DNA of 30,728 bases from a virus (taxonomy: Duplodnaviria; Heunggongvirae; Uroviricota; Caudoviricetes): IMG/VR virus record IMGVR_UViG_2695420871_000006, one strand, 5' to 3'. The notes beneath the pieces are model-generated. The model made no database searches and was not told the DNA's origin. It was given only the letters and a program-made list of their open reading frames with translations. Below, in pieces: positions 26,757 through 30,728 of the stretch (within the stretch, counting starts at the first letter, position 1; every line of letters starts with the position of its first letter). The position numbers and the translations under genes are program-made.

Positions 26757-27128
26757 TTACTTCGTCTTTCCTGCCGGAACAGCAGTCGTTCCGGCCATAT
26801 CAGTAAATTCATGCTGTCGCTGTGCCTCCAGACGGCGGATGCTGGCCTTGTCCACGTTGCAGTTCTTAATCACCGCCAGCAGTTGCAGGTTGTAAGTGAC
26901 CGATGCGCCAAACGTGAACGGCTGCGGCACAGGAGGAACCAGACAGTCAGCCAGCCATTCAGCGGGGATCGGCACCGGCTTCACCGGCACGTATTTCACA
27001 GACGGCCCGCCGCACCCGGTCAGCCACATCATCAGGCACAGGAACAGAGGCCGCAGGCACCGTTGCCAGCGACCGGCGGACAATGCTCTGCTGTTCCTCG
27101 CTGTGCTGCATGTTCTGCTGTTTTTCAT
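26757..27128 (-). CDS. o-spanin (Rz1-like outer-membrane lipoprotein), overlapping the i-spanin gene
   Basis: Lipobox LTGC followed by the Pro-rich mature region GGPSVKYVPVKPVPIPAEW. Start assigned to ATG 27126-27128. Confidence 0.6.
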   Translation of the reverse strand: MKNSRTCSTARNSRALSAGRWQRCLRPLFLCLMMWLTGCGGPSVKYVPVKPVPIPAEWLADCLVPPVPQPFTFGASVTYNLQLLAVIKNCNVDKASIRRLEAQRQHEFTDMAGTTAVPAGKTK

Positions 27129-27357
27129 TCGTGGCCGCCTTACTGATTTGTGAAATGAGTTGCAGGGTACGTTGCTGGTTTGCCAGCACCAGACGGGCTT
27201 CGTCCCGTTCACGCACAAGCACATGATTATTGTCTTCAAGACGCTGTGTCTTCTGGTGCATTCCCCATACCACGGCAGCCAGCACGCTCATCACCCCCAG
27301 CGCCGCCATACACCCTCCGGCAATCAGGGCCGGTAAGGGATTATTCACCGCAGCCAC
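26959..27357 (-). CDS. i-spanin (Rz-like); start uncertain (GTG near 27355 or ATG 27309; ORF open to 27480)
   Basis: N-terminal TM segment LPALIAGGCMAALGVMSVLAAVVW followed by a charged coiled-coil-like region. Confidence 0.6.
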   Translation of the reverse strand: MAAVNNPLPALIAGGCMAALGVMSVLAAVVWGMHQKTQRLEDNNHVLVRERDEARLVLANQQRTLQLISQISKAATNEKQQNMQHSEEQQSIVRRSLATVPAASVPVPDDVADRVRRAVCEIRAGEAGADPR

Positions 27358-27421
27358 AGCACACCCCGGAGCACCACAACGACACACAACAGCGCAATCA
27401 TGAGTGGTCGCCAGAAGCGGT

Positions 27422-27922
27422 TCAGACTTTCGGCAAATCGTAGCGACACAACCATTCATCCGCCGAACGGCGGGCCTCAAGACCGGGGAGTTTTACCCCC
27501 TTTGAATAAATCCAGCGGATATACTGCTTACAGGACCCGGGCATCTGCCCGGCATTGATAAGGCGCAGGAGCGTGGAGTTGCGAAAGTTCGTTTCACCGG
27601 CCCAGAAAATCCAGGAGGCCAGCGCCACCGTCTGACCACGGGTAAGCGGCACCTGAACATGACGATCGATAGCCGCAAAGGCCCATTTCATGTCCTTTTC
27701 CAGCAGCTCCAGACATTCTTCATCAGTTTTTGTCATCCCCGGTTTCACATCCGGGCCGGTATGGCCGTAACAGATGGTGGGGGTGCCGGTGGGATCAATG
27801 TACGTGGTGTTTTCTTTCCCTTCCCAGTAGCCGGTGTAGTGCGTGGCAATGGTGAACGTCCCGGCTCCGGCCAGAACAAGGGCAATCAGCTTTTTACGCA
27901 GGGGTGCGGGGAGTTTTGGCAT
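27422..27922 (-). CDS. lys: SAR endolysin (T4-lysozyme-like, GH24)
   Basis: N-terminal Gly/Ala-rich signal-anchor LIALVLAGAGTFTIA. Catalytic E-x8-D-x5-T in YWEGKENTTYIDPTGTPT. Confidence 0.85.
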   Translation of the reverse strand: MPKLPAPLRKKLIALVLAGAGTFTIATHYTGYWEGKENTTYIDPTGTPTICYGHTGPDVKPGMTKTDEECLELLEKDMKWAFAAIDRHVQVPLTRGQTVALASWIFWAGETNFRNSTLLRLINAGQMPGSCKQYIRWIYSKGVKLPGLEARRSADEWLCRYDLPKV

Positions 27923-27993
27923 TGTTACGCTGTCTCATGGTGTTCTCTGAGTCAGCGTAACCGTGGGAAAAAGTGGGCAGGATTTGCGGAATA
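27923..27993 (-). promoter_or_regulatory. Intergenic region upstream of lys; candidate late promoter (Plys equivalent)
   Basis: Position only, by analogy with Mu. Confidence 0.25.
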
Positions 27994-28416
27994 TCAGAAA
28001 AGCCGTGGCTGCGTGCGTTCCTGATGCAGGCGACGCTGGTTGCGGATAACGGAGTAAATCTGCGTCTCTGACATCTGGTAGTGGCGGCGCAGGGTTTCAA
28101 TTTTTTCGCCCTGGCTCCAGCGGGAAAAAATTTCATTATTGCGCAGTTCGGTGAAAAGGGATTCACCGACCGGGAGATAATAACCACGCCCGCCCATGTA
28201 CCCGGCCTGTGCGGCTGCAACCTTACGGGCAAGCATTCCCGCCTGAGCAGGTTCAATCCCCTGACGGTGCAGTTCAGCACTGATCACATCAACCAGGTCC
28301 CGCAGCGTGCCGGGCCAGTTCTTTTTCAGCTCATCATCAGGAATATCATCCAGACGGTCAATCAGCGCGTGCAGCTGTTCGCTGTCACCAAACATGCTCA
28401 TCTGTGTTTCAGCCAT
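27994..28416 (-). CDS. Mor/C-family transcriptional activator of middle/late genes (140 aa)
   Basis: C-terminal ...GGRGYYLPVGESLFTELRNNEIFSRW...ETQIYSVIR is typical of the Mor/C family. GGAGG SD. Located between gemA and lys. Confidence 0.8.
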   Translation of the reverse strand: MAETQMSMFGDSEQLHALIDRLDDIPDDELKKNWPGTLRDLVDVISAELHRQGIEPAQAGMLARKVAAAQAGYMGGRGYYLPVGESLFTELRNNEIFSRWSQGEKIETLRRHYQMSETQIYSVIRNQRRLHQERTQPRLF

Positions 28417-28450
28417 ACCCGCCTCCGGTCATCATTACACAGGGCAAGTT

Positions 28451-28480
28451 TAAAATAAAAATCCCGCGCTGTGGCGGGAT
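28451..28480 (-). terminator. Intrinsic terminator 7 bp downstream of gemA: ATCCCGC (6-nt loop) GCGGGAT followed by UUUUAUUUUA on the minus strand
   Basis: 7-bp perfect stem with a U-run read on the minus strand. Confidence 0.65.
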
Positions 28481-28486
28481 TTGGGG

Positions 28487-28999
28487 TTAAAAGGGGGAGG
28501 ATTCTTCATACAGCCTGCAAACGCGCTCATAACTCATCACTGTACGCGCTGACATCCCCAGCACATCCAGCATCTTGCGGCGGTGCCAGCGTTTGAGACG
28601 CTCCAGCACATCAGAGGCCAGCGCGGGGTGTTGTTCCAGCCACTGCCAGTTAGCCACACCTTCGCCGCCGTTCTGAGCGGCCGTCTGCGATTTCACCCAG
28701 CGGTTAAGGGCTGTTTCCCCGCCATCAGAGATAAAGCCCTGCCGGTGCATCACCTTCCAGATGGCGCGAATTTTGGCGGTCACCGTACCCGGTTTTAAGG
28801 CCCGGTTAACCGGCTTCTGACGCACTTTAAAACCGCGTTTTTTGAAAACATCCAGCACGCGGGATAACTCATCCGGTGACATATCCCGGCAACTGGGTTT
28901 GCCGGTGGCTGCCAGTAGTACGGATGTGTAGGTCTCATGGTCAAGCTGTAGATCGCATTTTGCGACATGTATTAAGGTAATCAGGGAAGCGCGATTCAT
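28487..28999 (-). CDS. gemA: GemA-like early regulatory protein (Mu gp16-like)
   Basis: 170 aa; position immediately upstream of the Mor/C gene; Trp-rich C-terminal half. Confidence 0.7.
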   Translation of the reverse strand: MNRASLITLIHVAKCDLQLDHETYTSVLLAATGKPSCRDMSPDELSRVLDVFKKRGFKVRQKPVNRALKPGTVTAKIRAIWKVMHRQGFISDGGETALNRWVKSQTAAQNGGEGVANWQWLEQHPALASDVLERLKRWHRRKMLDVLGMSARTVMSYERVCRLYEESSPF

Positions 29000-29063
29000 T
29001 ATCGTGTCTCCGTAACAACAGGCGGCATGGCAACGCCGCCCGGATAAAACTAAAGGTATCGAT

Positions 29064-29474
29064 ATGAAAATAGATTACGATGAAGTATTAAGTATTCTCA
29101 CAACTTTTCAGGATGCTGAAACACCTTTCCTTACACTACAGGATCTGGGCATGGCTGAGGCAGAAGGAGAGGAAAAGGATAAAAAAGTTTTTCATCTTAT
29201 GCTTCTCGCTGATAATGGCTCAATTGTTAATGGTGATATGCGGTCAGAAACACCAAAATATATTGGTTTCTTTTTTCATTCTCTGGGCGTTGGTTTCAGA
29301 AACACGCCCATTATGCTTACTCAGCAGGGGCATGATTTAGCTAACGCCCTGAGAAAAAAACCAATCCTTGAAAGAATCAAAAAGGAGTTTACAGACGCGC
29401 CATTTGATCTAATCAAAGAAGTTACCAAATCAATGTTAACCAGGTTCGTCAAAGAACGTATTGGGATTGACTAA
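29064..29474 (+). CDS. Hypothetical protein, 136 aa, AT-rich opposite-strand moron in the early region
   Basis: ATG with AAAGG 7 nt upstream. Clearly AT-rich by eye. Own terminator 24 bp downstream. No recognised motif. Confidence 0.55.
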   Translation: MKIDYDEVLSILTTFQDAETPFLTLQDLGMAEAEGEEKDKKVFHLMLLADNGSIVNGDMRSETPKYIGFFFHSLGVGFRNTPIMLTQQGHDLANALRKKPILERIKKEFTDAPFDLIKEVTKSMLTRFVKERIGID

Positions 29475-29744
29475 ACAACTTAATTCAGCCAGTAATCGCA
29501 GGGCGGCGACAGCCGCCTGCTTGTCACTTCTTTTAGCTATTTCCGCAAGGGTATGCACAATCCATAACGGACTTAACGCTACGGCTGAATCCAGAATCAT
29601 GTCATCCATAATAATTTCTGGCATATCCCGCTTGTCACATTCTTTATCCATAAAAGAAACGAATTTTTCAGCATCTTCCGGTTTCATCCCTCCGGCGATA
29701 AGGATTTTGCGATATTCATAAGACGATCTTAATTCAATACTCAT
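29436..29744 (-). CDS. Hypothetical early-region protein, 102 aa
   Basis: ATG 29742-29744 with AGGTG SD; 15 nt after the upstream gene's stop; 3' end overlaps the moron by 39 nt. Confidence 0.45.
   Translation of the reverse strand: MSIELRSSYEYRKILIAGGMKPEDAEKFVSFMDKECDKRDMPEIIMDDMILDSAVALSPLWIVHTLAEIAKRSDKQAAVAALRLLAELSCLVNPNTFFDEPG
29498..29534 (+). terminator. Hairpin GCAGGGCGGC (GACA loop) GCCGCCTGC followed by TTGTCACTTCTTTT; candidate terminator for the plus-strand moron
   Basis: 10-bp stem with one bulge and a U-rich tail; lies inside the coding region of the opposite-strand ORF 29436-29744. Confidence 0.45.
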
Positions 29745-29759
29745 TATTCACCTGCCTGC

Positions 29760-30110
29760 TTAATCTGTTTCCAGTGCTTTGCTACGAGCTATAGCCTCAC
29801 ATTCAAAAAATACCGACTCCGGCACGCGCCCTTTTAATTCACGAACAAGGAAGTCATTAACGCGTTCATGACGTCTTATATTTCTTTCCTTTTCCTCCTG
29901 GCGCAATACAGCAAGGCGGTATTCAACAGCCCGGCGTTGTTTCTGAAAGACAGCCAGTGCTTTTCTGGCAGCATTACGCCATGCATCATCGCCACATGGT
30001 GCGTATTCAAGCTGAAATTTAATCTCTTCAATAGTTTCTTTGATTTTTGCCAGCAAGCTAAGACAGTCGCTTATTGTCTCCAGCTTTTCATTATCAATAT
30101 AACTTCTCAC
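29760..30110 (-). CDS. Hypothetical early-region protein (116 aa from GTG 30108-30110; track ORF starts at GTG 30152)
   Basis: No internal Met. The GTG at 30108-30110 has GGAGG 7 nt upstream and forms a GTGA overlap with the upstream stop. Confidence 0.5.
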   Translation of the reverse strand: MRSYIDNEKLETISDCLSLLAKIKETIEEIKFQLEYAPCGDDAWRNAARKALAVFQKQRRAVEYRLAVLRQEEKERNIRRHERVNDFLVRELKGRVPESVFFECEAIARSKALETD

Positions 30111-30436
30111 GCATTCACCTCCCGTAATTCCGGTAAAGCCGAAATATGACACCAGTGCGTCACCTGTCCGTCTTCATCTTCAAGGCAGGCTCCGGTTTCT
30201 TCATCAACAAAAAAGCCTTCATACCCCATATGGCCGATGCGCAGCTCCTGACGGTGACCATACTGAACAATCAGCACGACAGCCTCCATATCAGGTGGGA
30301 AAGCATCATTCAGTGAATGCCAGGGATAACCGCGTAAATCCCCGAAATAAACACCGGTCAGCGTTCCGCCACAGAGCGGCATTCCGGCGGCACACACAAG
30401 AGGTTCATCTGATTCAACAAATAAGGTCGTTATCAT
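30107..30436 (-). CDS. Hypothetical early-region protein, 109 aa
   Basis: ATG 30434-30436 in an ATGA overlap with the upstream gene; GGGAG SD. Confidence 0.55.
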   Translation of the reverse strand: MITTLFVESDEPLVCAAGMPLCGGTLTGVYFGDLRGYPWHSLNDAFPPDMEAVVLIVQYGHRQELRIGHMGYEGFFVDEETGACLEDEDGQVTHWCHISALPELREVNA

Positions 30437-30728
30437 GGCGTTAACTCCCGTAATACAGCGTCCTCGGCAGTCCGGCGACGGTAATAAACTGCGTGAGCAG
30501 AATGTTCAGATATTCCAAACTTTTCGCCAATTTCCCGGAATGACAGACGGCGTGGGTAATCGGAATCACGCAGCGCACGTATAAGACGTACATCATCATC
30601 AGATATGCGCGTGCCGGGGCGTAACTCTCCGCACTTTGGGTGATGCTGCCAACTTACTGATTTAGTGTATGATGGTGTTTTTGAGGTGCTCCAGTGGCTT
30701 CTGTTTCTATCAGCTGTCCCTCCTGTTC
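30433..30728 (-). CDS. 3' part of an early gene running off the window; C-terminus has a helix-turn-helix-like motif
   Basis: Hand translation of the open minus frame gives ...ISDDDVRLIRALRDSDYPRRLSFREIGEKFGISEHSAHAVYYRRRTAEDAVLRELTP, with stop TGA at 30433-30435. Confidence 0.45.
   Translation of the reverse strand, partial: TGGTADRNRSHWSTSKTPSYTKSVSWQHHPKCGELRPGTRISDDDVRLIRALRDSDYPRRLSFREIGEKFGISEHSAHAVYYRRRTAEDAVLRELTP

Larger units (their letters stand above)
180..30728 (-). mobile_element. Mu-like transposable prophage, right-hand portion (early/middle junction through late genes to right end); left end and transposase genes lie beyond the window
   Basis: Mu-type gene order on the minus strand: gemA, Mor/C, lys, terminase, portal, F, G, I, T, sheath, tube, tape measure, baseplate, fibre, com, mom. 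A TG dinucleotide at 180-181 is the candidate terminus. Confidence 0.8.

Noticed and set aside
1-30728. CRISPR arrays, rRNA genes, integrase/att core repeats
   Set aside because: No regularly spaced short direct repeats, no rRNA-like segments and no tyrosine or serine recombinase ORF seen; consistent with a transposable rather than integrase-dependent prophage.

Overview
The window is the right-hand ~30.5 kb of a Mu-like (transposable, contractile-tailed) prophage in inverted orientation, with almost every gene on the minus strand, plus about 180 bp of presumptive host flank at the 5' end. All calls were made by eye from motifs, gene order and the ORF track; no searches or computations were run. 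From high to low coordinates: a variable early region (partial HTH gene, small coupled genes, an AT-rich opposite-strand moron, GemA), a single Mor/C-family activator, the lysis cassette (SAR endolysin, overlapped spanins, TraR/DksA zinc finger, gp25-like membrane protein), packaging (gp27-like protein plus a short paralogue, large terminase, portal), head (F, G, protease/scaffold I, major capsid T), head-tail proteins, sheath, tube, chaperone with a candidate +1 frameshift extension, tape measure, baseplate, and tail fibre. Next comes an accessory island (oppositely oriented AT-rich tail-fibre assembly gene, a NanS-p-like SGNH/SASA O-acetylesterase with lectin-like C-terminus, a small membrane/acidic protein pair, an orphan plus-strand promoter/terminator pair, an AT-rich ORF), then the com-mom anti-restriction operon and the prophage right end. 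No rRNA, canonical tRNA, CRISPR array, integrase, invertase or reverse transcriptase was seen. The most likely places for undescribed biology are the cargo island at 1250-4840 and the AT-rich moron at 29064-29474.
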